Shown here: positions 10,489 through 20,397 of the stretch, in pieces
How positions within the stretch are numbered: position 1 is the first letter of the stretch
Layout: each line of letters opens with the position of its first letter
The notes under the pieces: model-generated
The model's input: the letters and a program-made list of their open reading frames with translations, nothing else
Database searches by the model: none
Told to the model about the DNA's origin: nothing
Position numbers and translations under genes: made by a program
Assembly (NCBI GenBank): GCA_963663805.2
Contig: CAXXMR010000010.1
Span: forward strand, 22,754 to 86,753
Source of the DNA: Sedimentisphaerales bacterium
Lineage (GTDB): Bacteria > Planctomycetota > Phycisphaerae > Sedimentisphaerales > SM23-30
Direction: 5' to 3'
Length of the DNA stretch: 64,000 bases

Positions 10489-11115
10489 TTACAGTACCAC
10501 CGTCGCGATATTTGATGGCAGTGAATCACCGGCGGCATTGGTGGCGACTATTCGGTATTGCATTTCGATCCCGCGGGGCTGATTCTGCAAGGTGACGTTT
10601 TCCGTGAAGCTGGTCGTTAATAATGTCCACGGTCCCGGCACGCCGCCGCCTGCGGGCTGGTCGGAGCGTTCGATACGGTAATTGCTCACGCTGCCGCCGT
10701 TGGGGCCTTTACGCCAGTTAAGCGAAAGAATGCCGGGCCCTTCATAGCTGGGTGTCAGGTGCGTTGGCTGATCGGGCGGATTAAGCGGGCTGCCGGGCTT
10801 GCGCTGCGACCAGCCGATATAATCAAGATTGCCGGGCGTATTCATGCAGTCATGCTCGGCCAGATAGAGAATCTTATGCATCTGTTCTTCCAGCTCGCTC
10901 TGCCGGTCGTTTTTAGCGATAGTCGCGTTCTTGGCGGCGGCCCGGGCGCTATCCTGAGCATTGATCGCGTTATTGCATTCGGTATATGCCATACTCAGAT
11001 TCGTCAGCGCCTCCACGCTCACACTGGGATAAAGTGAGCTATGTTCATTGAGTCCGCTGATCATCTGTCCCGCCAGAGCCAGCACATTAGTTTCCGATTT
11101 CGGAAATACTGCCAT
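10489..11115 (-). CDS. Fibronectin type III domain protein (N-terminal helical region, no signal peptide)
   Basis: Start MAVFPKSE after an AAAGG/AGG RBS. C-terminal FN3 pattern PPDQP...LSLNW...YRIERS...YRIVATNAAGDSLPS. Confidence 0.75.
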   Translation of the reverse strand: MAVFPKSETNVLALAGQMISGLNEHSSLYPSVSVEALTNLSMAYTECNNAINAQDSARAAAKNATIAKNDRQSELEEQMHKILYLAEHDCMNTPGNLDYIGWSQRKPGSPLNPPDQPTHLTPSYEGPGILSLNWRKGPNGGSVSNYRIERSDQPAGGGVPGPWTLLTTSFTENVTLQNQPRGIEMQYRIVATNAAGDSLPSNIATVVL

Positions 11116-11608
11116 GGTAAACCTGCCTTTCCGCCCTTTTCGGGCAAAAATAATATTACGCCGATTCCCACCCTGGGAATTTCGCGGCGATTTATTCAAA
11201 TGTTTACAAATGGGTACGAATTACTGATAGCCATGGAATCGGCGATATAGGGGACCGGCTTAATCAAAAACCTGATTTTTATAAGATTTTCTCCCCGCTC
11301 TGGAGGAATAGCTTCCGTAACTCTCTGTTTTTAAGAAACTTGGAAGATTTACCGCTGAGCGAAGTTTTTTTGAATATTCTTGTGATTTCCGGGTTTTTAT
11401 GATAGATTCGCCGTAGATTTCATTGTCGCGGTGCTTTTCCGGCCGCGGCGGATGTTTAGTTTAGTAGAAGGGGCCTGTCGTTTTAAGCCCGGTTGCGGAT
11501 TGTTGGTGGATAATATTTTTTTAACATTTTCCTCCTCTCGATTGCGTGATCGGACAGCCTGAATTTCCCCTTAAAATTCCGGATGCTGTATATTTAGAAG
11601 GAGTAATT

Positions 11609-14600
11609 ATGGAACAAGGAATCAGAACTAATTTTGGTATTTATTTTAATCAGGCTCGACTGAACGCGTATATTGTATTATGTCATATCTCGGAACTGCT
11701 GGGCAAAGAAAAGTCTCAAGAAAATACATTATCGGAGATGCCGGTTCTTGAATTACTTGATAATACTGACAATGTCAAAGAATCCAGTGATTGTTATGAT
11801 TTAATTACGAAGCATTTTTCCATGTTAGATAAAATTATCTGTGGCTCATCTGAGGAAAAAAAAGAAGCTAAGAAGGAAGTCCGGGCCAAAAGTTATTATA
11901 AAATCATCCGCCTGCTACTCAAGGCTTTGAATCAGTATCGCAATGAATATTGCCATCAACACAGCACGAATAAATTAAAAGAGCAGGAAATTGAGGAACT
12001 GCTGAAATATCTGGACAGGTGTTTTGATGCTTCGGTCAGAGATGTCAAAACAAACCCATCTTTGAAAGAAGCTCAGGTGTCTCATCTCAGGAGGTGGACC
12101 GTAGAGGGAACTGGTCGAAATAAACAAACAGTTGCCAATAAGGAGTTTCGTTATCGGTTCAGTGATGCCCCGGCCAGTATCAATTGAAAATGGGCTGGCT
12201 TTTCTGGTTTGCATGTTTTTGGAAAGAGGAGATGTCGAGCTTTTCCTCAAACAATTCGTCGGATTCAAAAGAAGCGATTCACCGGAATGCCGGGCCACAA
12301 TAGAAAGCTATTGTAATTATCGTATTAAATTGCCCAAACCGGTAATAAGTTCTGAAACAGATATTGATGGGCTGGCTCTCGATATGCTTAATGACCTGTC
12401 TAAATGTCCCAAAGAACTGTTTGAGATTCTAAGCTCTGAACAACAAAACGAATTTCGGGTGATTCTCGACAGCGATGAATCGGAGGGTGGTGATAATATC
12501 GATGACGGTAACGACGAGATATTTATGAGGAGGTATCAGGACCGCTTCGCCTATTTTGCCTTGAAATATTGTGACGAAAAAAAAGTTTTTAAGGATATCC
12601 GTTTTCAGATTGATCTGGGGAAATATTATTTCAAGATATATGACAAAATCACTGCTGATGGCCGTCAAAATCAACGCAGTATTGATAAGCAGCTCAAAAC
12701 CTTCGGTCGCCTGAGCGAGGTTAAACAGAAAGTAAAGGAGCAATGGGGCGAAAAAATACAATCTCCCGCTGACCGGGCCAAAGGTTCGCAAGAACCTTAT
12801 AAAAACGCTGCGACCCCTCATTATCATCTGGTAGGTAATCAGATAGCCCTCGTTATCAGCGGGGATAAAGACCTGCCGGTGCTGGGAGAGAGCGGCCGGG
12901 ACAGCAAACTGGCTAATCCCGATGCTTGGCTTAGTGTTTACGATCTGCCGGTAATAATATTTCACTGGATTAAAAAAGGATTTGGGCAAACCGAGGATCT
13001 GATTAGAACCTATGTAGAAAAACAGCGAGCGGCCTGCAACACCCTACTGCAGGGGCAGGAGCTTTCCGGTGACCTTGTGGAATATGTCCCTCGCAGTTTA
13101 TTGCATAACGGCCGCCGGGATAAAAACCAGCAGCAGTATCGGCGGGAAAAAACTGCGGCGGATAATAGAAGATAACAAACATCGTCAGCGGGCCATATTA
13201 AAAACTATCGAAAGAGTTGCTGATAAAAGCAACAAGCCCGGCTCCGGAAAATATATTGATTTGCGTGCCGGAAAGCTGGCCGATTTTTCTGGCTCATGAC
13301 ATGTTGGATATGCAGGGCTTTGACCCACAGAAAAATGGCAAAGATAAGATAACCTCGGTAAAACTTTCAGGTTTTGCAGGCTGCTCTGGCTTATTTCGGA
13401 GCTAAAAAGGATGTCCTGCCGGACATTTTCGGTAATTGCTATTTACTGGGCGGAAATAATCCTCATCCGTTTTTAGGCAGGCTCAAAATCAAAGAATATG
13501 TCGGCATAGTCTGTTTTTATAAAGGCTATCTCGCCGAGCGTTTGACCTATCTTAAAAAAGCTGGAGGCCAATAACAACCTGGATGTGCAGTTTCTTCGTC
13601 CCAGTCGCGGGCGTTTTGACGGCAATGCTAAGGATGATAAAAAAATTGCCGCCAAACTGCTCGAAAATCCGGTCAATCTGCCCGGTGCTATTTTTAATAA
13701 TGAATTGCGCAGCCTTATTACGGCAGATATTGACCTGCCCGCCGGCATAAAGAAAAATAATGCCCTTCTGATCGAGAAACTCTTTAAGGCAGAAGGTGAC
13801 GGTCCGCAGGAGTTCTATAATTATAAACGGCATTACCCGGTATTTGCCAAAGCCCGCGAATATCTAAAGAAAAACGATAGCACCGCTATTAAAGCCGCTT
13901 TACAGACTATTGCCGCCGGGCCGGTCAGCGATAATATCAAGGATGATATCAGAGAATTCCAGAGAGTGATTAACAAAAACATCCGCGTCGAAAGCCGTTT
14001 TAACCCTCCGGGTCTGGATAATAATCTTTACCTCGGTGTTCTGAATATCGAAAAGACCGAAAAACTTCTACGCAGATACAGACTCGCCGATATGGTGTCA
14101 TTTATGATGGTTAGGGAGATTCTCAAAGATAAGCTCAGGTTTACAAATGAAACCAGCTTAAGGCTGGCCGATATTGGTCCCGGACAGGACAGGCTCTTTA
14201 ATCAGCCCATAAGCTGCGATACTGTTTTGACGGTCCGGTTTAACTGTAAAGACAATTTTAATGCAGGTTACATCAGCTTCCTGCGTGATAAATATTCTGG
14301 TAAATACCGTGAGTCGGGAAATATGCTGGAACTGGAATGCCTGGTCAGGTCGGAAAATACCAAACTGAGGGATCTGGGTAAATACCGGCGTTATTTTTAT
14401 GACCGGCGTCTGCCGGGTCTGCTGCTGTGGCTGGGTCTTAATGCGGAGAAACTGCAATACGAGCAACTGGAAGCGGAGATAAAAGCGTTCGCTCATTATC
14501 GAAAAATGATTGCCGGGATAATCTGGCAGTTCGAAGGGAAAGCTCTCGAGTTGTTTCCTGAGCTGAAAAACGAAAGGGCACATTATACCTCATTTGCCGC

Positions 14601-14814
14601 AATAACTGACGGGCTGGCCGGGCGTTTTCCGCAAATAGAAAATCAACTGCATACAATAAAGAATATCCGCAACGCGGTTTATCACAATCAGTTTCCGGCC
14701 TGTTACAATGTCATTTCGGAAGACAGCAGTAAATCTCTGGCCGAAAGAATTCATGACCTGACCGACAATTATATAAATACAATTGTCAGCACGATAGAAA
14801 GGCAGGCGGATTAA
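11609..14814 (+). CDS. cas13b: Type VI-B CRISPR effector Cas13b, ~1066 aa after removing five single-base insertions (probably sequencing errors, pseudogene not excluded)
   Basis: N-terminal FGIYFNQARLNAYIVLCHI. HEPN1 RNEYCH (11939-11956). Internal motifs GLAFLVCMFLE, LALDMLNDLSKCPKELFEIL, RYQDRFAYFALKY, IRFQIDLGKY, GKLADFLAHDM, HPFL. HEPN2 RNAVYHNQFP (14668-14685). Six ORF pieces, each shifted +1. RBS GAAGGAG. Adjacent csx28 and array. Confidence 0.93.
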
Positions 14815-15387
14815 ATGGACAATTCTGTTATATTTATGTTACTGGCCGCTGATGTCTCGGAAATCTGGGGCTGGAAACTGGCTTCAATACTCATCCAGCC
14901 CTTAATACTGCTGATCAGCGTCTGGCTGGGCCTGAAGCTCTGGCATAAACAGAAGCAGAGTGAGCCGGTTTATCAATCGAGAGAATATCTTAACCGCAAG
15001 AAGCTTGATGGCCTTCTGGCCGGCTGGGCCTTGCTGAGTTATCTAACCGAAGTGGAAAACGCCCGGTCGCTGCTGGTCTGGACAGATAACGGCAAAGGCC
15101 AAGCCAAAACATTTCATCTTCGCCCTGCCCAGGCACGGGAATATATCGACCAGTTAAACCGCTGGTTTTACGCTGACGGCTACGGCCTGCTTTATAGCCG
15201 GAGACTCAAGGAACTTTTATTTGAATGCCGCTCGATTCTATATGGTTTTTTGCTCAAGGAAAACGTATTATATCAGGGAGATGAGCGAATAGTGGTTAAT
15301 AATGATAAAATAATAAACAGATTGAAGGAACTGTATCAGGACATAAATAATGAGTTGTACGAGGAAATGTGCAAAATTTATGATTAA
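14815..15387 (+). CDS. csx28: Type VI-B2 accessory membrane protein Csx28
   Basis: 190 aa starting immediately after the cas13b stop. Single N-terminal hydrophobic helix. Motifs WALLSYLTEVEN..SLLVW, FY..GYGLL.S...KELLFECRSILYG recalled as Csx28-like. Confidence 0.82.
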   Translation: MDNSVIFMLLAADVSEIWGWKLASILIQPLILLISVWLGLKLWHKQKQSEPVYQSREYLNRKKLDGLLAGWALLSYLTEVENARSLLVWTDNGKGQAKTFHLRPAQAREYIDQLNRWFYADGYGLLYSRRLKELLFECRSILYGFLLKENVLYQGDERIVVNNDKIINRLKELYQDINNELYEEMCKIYD

Positions 15388-15476
15388 ATCTATTCTGCCG
15401 GTAAGTCGTGCAGACGGTTTTTTTTGCCAATATGCCTGACTTAATGACAGGTCGAACAGCAGGTTACAGAATACCC

Positions 15477-15844
15477 GCTGTAGAACCCTCGCCCCCGGCA
15501 GGTTAGTACAGCTTGTACTGCACAAGACCGCTGCCGAGCGTGTGCTGTAGAACCCTCGCCCCCGGCAGGTTAGTACAGCTCGATTATCGCTTTGGCATGT
15601 GCAATGCAGGGCTGTAGAACCCTCGCCCCCGGCAGGTTAGTACAGCAAAATTCCCGCATTTTGGACATAGTCCGAAGCTGTAGAACCCTCGCCCCCGGCA
15701 GGTTAGTACAGCACCACGTCACCGACTTCAATTTCAATCTTGGCTGTAGAACCCTCGCCCCCGGCAGGTTAGTACAGCTCTTTTTCGTAGGCTGGTGTTT
15801 GTTGAATCGCTGTAGAACCCTCGCAATCGGCAGGTTGGTACAGC
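15477..15844 (+). CRISPR. CRISPR array, 6 repeats of 36 nt and 5 spacers (31,31,30,30,30 nt)
   Basis: Repeat GCTGTAGAACCCTCGCCCCCGGCAGGTTAGTACAGC at 15477, 15544, 15611, 15677, 15743. Degenerate last copy GCTGTAGAACCCTCGCAATCGGCAGGTTGGTACAGC at 15809 implies the leader is on the csx28 side. Confidence 0.98.
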
Positions 15845-16193
15845 TGGTTAAGAGACGGTGTCCGGCATATTTTTGGGTAATCGCTAATATCTGAACCCAA
15901 CGAAATAATTCCCCAATACAGTGGGTATCGTCGGCTTAAAAGTTTTCAGGTTGCCCAGTTGGTTTATGATGTGACGGTGCGGTTTTTCGAGAATGAAGGC
16001 GGCTTCAGCGAACGGTTCTACCGGGTGCGCAGCTGCAAGCGGAGCGGGAAATAGCCAGAGGTCAGAACTCAGAAAACCCGTTTTCGGCACAGAACCGCCA
16101 TAATAATGCTGATAATCCCGAAAACTTAACCTTGCCGACCGAAGGGGCAGGTTATCACAGATTTACCGTCCCATAAAAACCCCGGCGGCGTAA

Positions 16194-16560
16194 CAGCGCT
16201 TTTAGCGCAGCGGCTGCGACTAAGTCGCAAGGGCTGCGCTTAAAGCGCAGGAGCTACGACTAAAGGAATCAGAGCTGCGCTAAAGTCGCAGGGGCTGCGA
16301 CGAACTGCATCGTCTCTGCGCTAAAGTCGCCAGAGCTGCGACAAAAGCGCAGGATCTGCGACTAAAGGAATTATCTCTGCGCCAAAGTCGTAGGAGCTGC
16401 GCTTAAAGCGCAGAGGCTGCGACCAAAGAATCAGGCCGCCGATCTAAGCGCAGCTCTCCCGACCGAAGTGTCATCTCGCTGATTTAAGCGCTGGTCTGCC
16501 GCCGGGATCGCAGCCTCTCCGTTTTAGTTGCCGGTCCGCCGGTTTAGGAGCGGCTGCGCG
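16194..16560. repeat. Degenerate tandem array of 20-21-nt units, many palindromic (consensus near CTGCGACTAAAGTCGCAG)
   Basis: CTGCG/CTACG cores at 16214, 16234, 16254, 16275, 16295, 16316, 16336, 16356, 16377, 16397, 16417, decaying rightwards. Confidence 0.85.
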
Positions 16561-16922
16561 GCCGGAAGCGGGGCAGCTATTATTACAAGAGTCGAAAAGA
16601 GGTTCGATATATTTCAGGAAAGTTGCCGCAAATACGCTTGGAGAGTAGGGGTTTGTCGGCGGCTAAGCGAAATATGCGGTACTTATTCGGATAAAAATGA
16701 GGGGAATTGGGTTTCTTCGGCGGGAAAAACGTGCTTTCTGTTTTTTTGCGCGAGAAAACTATACTATATTACCTTTAACAGAGGGTAGATGGTATTTGCT
16801 TTGGCGGGGATAGGGTGTTACCATGATGTGGTTAGGGACTGGAAGTTTGGCCCGATCAGCTGGCAGTGCGGCTGAGGGCCCGGCTGGGCGTTTGATGTGG
16901 AATTACATAGTAAGGGATCATA

Positions 16923-19178
16923 ATGAGCAGACGGAATTGCTATCTCAAAGTTGTATGTATAGTTCTGGTTTTGGGCAGTTTTGGATATTTGAGCAGTTTC
17001 GCTGCGGGTGAAAAAGCTGAGGGGGTTCTGGGTGAGCATGATGTACTAAAGGCGGCGGCTGAGGCTTTGGCGGTGGGTAACGCGAATCTGGCTGAGGCTC
17101 TTTTGAAGCCGGCGGGCAAGCTGGAATATCAGAATGACTATTCGGTTAAGCTGGCCGGTTTGCTGGGTGCATATGAGGGCCTGGACGAGAAACTCGATAA
17201 GAGTCGGCAGGAGGTTTATCAGGAGAATGTGGGTAAACTGGAAGAGACCGTCGAGCGGGCCCGGTGGCGGGAGAGTTTGAAAGGGGCTAGTGAGGGGTAT
17301 ACGGAATATGACGGCGCGGCCAAGAAAGAATTTGAATCCAAGGCTGCCGAGGATTTGGACGGTGACTGGCTGGCTGCTCTGACGCAGTTGAGCATTGTGC
17401 ATAATCTGGCTAAGCGTTTTGATCTGGACGAGAATGTGGCTGAGGAGATTCGCCAGGAGATAACGACCCGTACGCTGGCGATTGCGGAGAAGTTTGAGCA
17501 GGACGAGAAATGGCTGGAATCTTACGGTAAGGTTTATGGCCAGTTGGCGGAGCTGGACCGTGAGAATGAATTTTATGGTGAGCACAATCGGCAGTTGCTG
17601 CGGCGGGCCACTCTGGTGGCGAATTATCTGCCGGACCCGAACCATGAAGGTGTTACCTGGGAAGAACGTCGTGAAGGTGTTTCGGCGGATATTATCTCGG
17701 CGGCAGTGCGTCTTCTGGCGGGGAATTATGTGGAGGTTCCGGATTTCAAGGAAATGCTTTTGCGTGGTCTTAAAAGCTGTCGGCTGATGGCAAAGGTTGA
17801 TAAGCTGGCCGAGACATTTCCCAATCTGAATGACCCGGAGAAGCGGGACTTTTATCTGGAACAGCTTGACCAGGTAATAGAACAGGTTCAGACTGAGCCG
17901 GGTGACAAGATTGGTTATTATCAGGTTCTGATAGTCCTCAATCAGGCAGTACAGATAAATCGGGAGACTCTGGGTTTTCCTGATGAGGTGGTGATGGCGG
18001 AGTTTATCGAAGGGGCGGTTACGGCGTTGGATCCTTATACTTATGTGGTATGGCCCGCGGATGTGGAGAGTTTTCGCAAGGATATGACGCAGGAGTTTTC
18101 GGGTATTGGAGTGGTTATCAAGAAAGATCCGAATACGGATGTGTTGCAGATTGATTCGCTGGTGAGCTATGACGCGGCGGCGTATGAGGCGGGGCTTGAC
18201 GCGGGCGATTCGATTCTGGCGGTTGACGGAACGAGTACCGAAAAGCTGACTATTGAGAAATGCGTGCAGATGATAACCGGGCCGAAGGGTACGAATGTGG
18301 TGCTGACGGTTGACCGGGAAGGTTTCAAGGAGCCGCGGGATTATACGGTGGCTCGCAAACGCGTGTCGGTGCCGACGGTGAAGGGGCTTTATCGTGACCG
18401 GGCGGGGGACTGGAAATATTTCGTTGACCCGAACGAGGGGATTGGCTATCTGCGGATAACTAATTTTGCCGGTGATACCGCCAAGGATTTGAAGCAGGCG
18501 GTTGTGGATTTGAAGAAGCAGGGATTAAAGGGATTAGTTATTGATTTGCGTAATAACAGCGGGGGGTATCTGAGCGCGGCGGTGGATATTGTTGATGCTT
18601 TTGTGGATGAAGGGGTGGTAGTGAGTACTCGTTCGCGTGAGCCAATGATGGGCCATGTTGATTCGGCGACGCGTCGGGGTACGGTTGATGCGGATTTGCC
18701 TTTGGTGGTTCTGGTGAATTCTTCGAGCGCGTCGGCGAGCGAGATTGTTTCGGGTTCGCTGAAGGACCACAAGCGGGCGTTGCTGGTGGGGACACGCACT
18801 TTCGGGAAGGGTAATGTGCAGACGATTCAGCCTTTGGACCCGGCTGAGATTAAGATGACAATCGCTTATTATTATCTGCCCAGCGGGCGGCGGGTGCATC
18901 GTGACCCGGATGACCGTACTGTGGAAGATTACGGGGTTGAGCCGGACATAACGGTGGAGCTGCCGGGCAAGATTCTTACGGAGATGTATAAGACTCAGCG
19001 GGACGCGGGGATTCTGCATCGTCAGGATTTGCCGTTGGATAAGCAGAACTGGAAGATTTTTACAGCTAAGGAGCTGCTGGATAGTGACCCGCAGTTGGAA
19101 TACGCGGTGATGTGTCTGAAGGGCAGTATTCTGGCTCGGGCACCGATTGCGCCGGAGCCAGCGGTGGCGAATAAATAA
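16923..19178 (+). CDS. S41 family carboxy-terminal processing protease with PDZ domain
   Basis: Signal peptide, LDPYT, FSGIGV, IGYLRI, IDLRNNSGG, SASASEIVSG, GTRTFGKG. Confidence 0.93.
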   Translation: MSRRNCYLKVVCIVLVLGSFGYLSSFAAGEKAEGVLGEHDVLKAAAEALAVGNANLAEALLKPAGKLEYQNDYSVKLAGLLGAYEGLDEKLDKSRQEVYQENVGKLEETVERARWRESLKGASEGYTEYDGAAKKEFESKAAEDLDGDWLAALTQLSIVHNLAKRFDLDENVAEEIRQEITTRTLAIAEKFEQDEKWLESYGKVYGQLAELDRENEFYGEHNRQLLRRATLVANYLPDPNHEGVTWEERREGVSADIISAAVRLLAGNYVEVPDFKEMLLRGLKSCRLMAKVDKLAETFPNLNDPEKRDFYLEQLDQVIEQVQTEPGDKIGYYQVLIVLNQAVQINRETLGFPDEVVMAEFIEGAVTALDPYTYVVWPADVESFRKDMTQEFSGIGVVIKKDPNTDVLQIDSLVSYDAAAYEAGLDAGDSILAVDGTSTEKLTIEKCVQMITGPKGTNVVLTVDREGFKEPRDYTVARKRVSVPTVKGLYRDRAGDWKYFVDPNEGIGYLRITNFAGDTAKDLKQAVVDLKKQGLKGLVIDLRNNSGGYLSAAVDIVDAFVDEGVVVSTRSREPMMGHVDSATRRGTVDADLPLVVLVNSSSASASEIVSGSLKDHKRALLVGTRTFGKGNVQTIQPLDPAEIKMTIAYYYLPSGRRVHRDPDDRTVEDYGVEPDITVELPGKILTEMYKTQRDAGILHRQDLPLDKQNWKIFTAKELLDSDPQLEYAVMCLKGSILARAPIAPEPAVANK

Positions 19179-19270
19179 TTGTCAGATTAATGGCCCTAAG
19201 CCAGATAAACTGGAAATTCTAAACACAAAATTCAAAACAACATAAACAACAAAAATATTTAACCGCGGAT

Positions 19271-20013
19271 ATGCCCTCGAAAGAAGTTCGGCAGTGGCGG
19301 GAGTTGATTTTGCATCGCAAGAAGACGGTTGACAAGGTGGTGCTTCTGAAGAATCGGATTCGGGCGACTTTGGAGGCGCGCGGTTATCGTCGGGCGGAGT
19401 TCAAGGGCAGTTGGTGGAGCGGGGCTAATCGTTTGTGGATGTCCGGCTTTTGCGGGCGTTTTATGAGCGGATAAAGAAGAATGGGCATGAATCTCGCAAA
19501 AACGTCGCTATTGTGGCTCTGGGGCGTAAATTGTTGTGTATAATGCGAGCGATGCTGATTAATGGCGAGATGTTTAATGAGACTTTGGTGAAAAAAATTC
19601 TGGAGGAAGCGGCTTAGCGATATGGTTTTAGGTCTGGCGGGATAACCAAAGGATCTCGGTCTGCGTAATGTGAGTCGGCTTTTTGTCGGGATCACGCCGT
19701 GGAGAATGGGAGCTTTGGGCCGTATAAAGTTTGATGTGGCCGCTTTTGGGTGAGCACGAATAGGAGTTTGGGCCGTTGTGACCCGTTTGCTCCCGTCGGC
19801 CTGCTGTTTGGTGACAGATGACCGGCCCACCACCTCGCGGTTTTGGTTGGGGGACGGTGAAACCGCGGCTCGGGCTTCCGGCTCGCCGGTTTCCCCCCGG
19901 CTGACGCCGCCATGATGGCCCGGCGACTGCTAACGCCGCTGGTATGCGAGAAGTTTATGCGAAAAAAAGATGAAAAAATGTGATATAACGGTTGACCACG
20001 GCTCCGGTTCATA
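19271..20013 (+). mobile_element. Internally deleted IS110-family (IS1111-like) remnant with ~395-nt 3' non-coding region
   Basis: Transposase fragments MPSKEVRQWRELILHR...KNRIRA and FYERI...KNVAIVALGRKLL (stop 19617). GGAT flanks both ends (19267-70 and 20014-17). Right end TTGAC...TTCATA. Confidence 0.75.
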
Positions 20014-20326
20014 GGATTACGCGGGTTTCGCGTATTTTAACGGCACCGCTTACTTACGTGCGCGGCTCTGGTAAATTGTGGCCATTTTGCGTAAGATTTC
20101 ATTTGCAAGAGACTAAAAATAACCCACAGAATACCCTGTAATACAGTCTAATTCGCTGGCATTCACAAAACGCCAAATATTACTCTGTAGGAATTACGAT
20201 ATGATAGTTTTTGCAACTTTATAACGTGTCGACAGTTGACAGAACCTTGGCTTAATGGTCCGCAATCGGCGGTTGTTTCAACTGGCAAGGTAAAATCCTT
20301 AAAAACACATATCTTTTAGGCGATAC

Positions 20327-20365
20327 AAAAATGGGGCGAGGTCTCCTTTTAGGGAGGCCCCGCCC
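20327..20365 (-). terminator. Probable intrinsic terminator for the minus-strand glycan operon
   Basis: GC-rich stem GGGCGAGGTCTCC/GGAGGCCCCGCCC followed by a T-run on the minus strand. Confidence 0.55.
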
Positions 20366-20397
20366 ACTGGTAATGGTGCATCCAACGTTAAGGGTGA

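Noticed and set aside
12178..13560. Programmed frameshifting or a naturally split Cas13
   Set aside because: Five same-direction indels, with similar ones in unrelated genes, point to sequencing error.
15592..15894. 100-aa ORF with repeated CRTLAPGRLVQ
   Set aside because: Translation of the CRISPR repeats, not a gene.
16194..16560. Possible second CRISPR array
   Set aside because: Units are contiguous and degenerate with no unique spacers. Reported as a tandem repeat instead.
20045..20070. ACCGCTTACTTACGTGCGCGGCTCTG palindrome-like motif
   Set aside because: Resembles a common planctomycete intergenic repeat, but only one copy is seen here and there is no further support.
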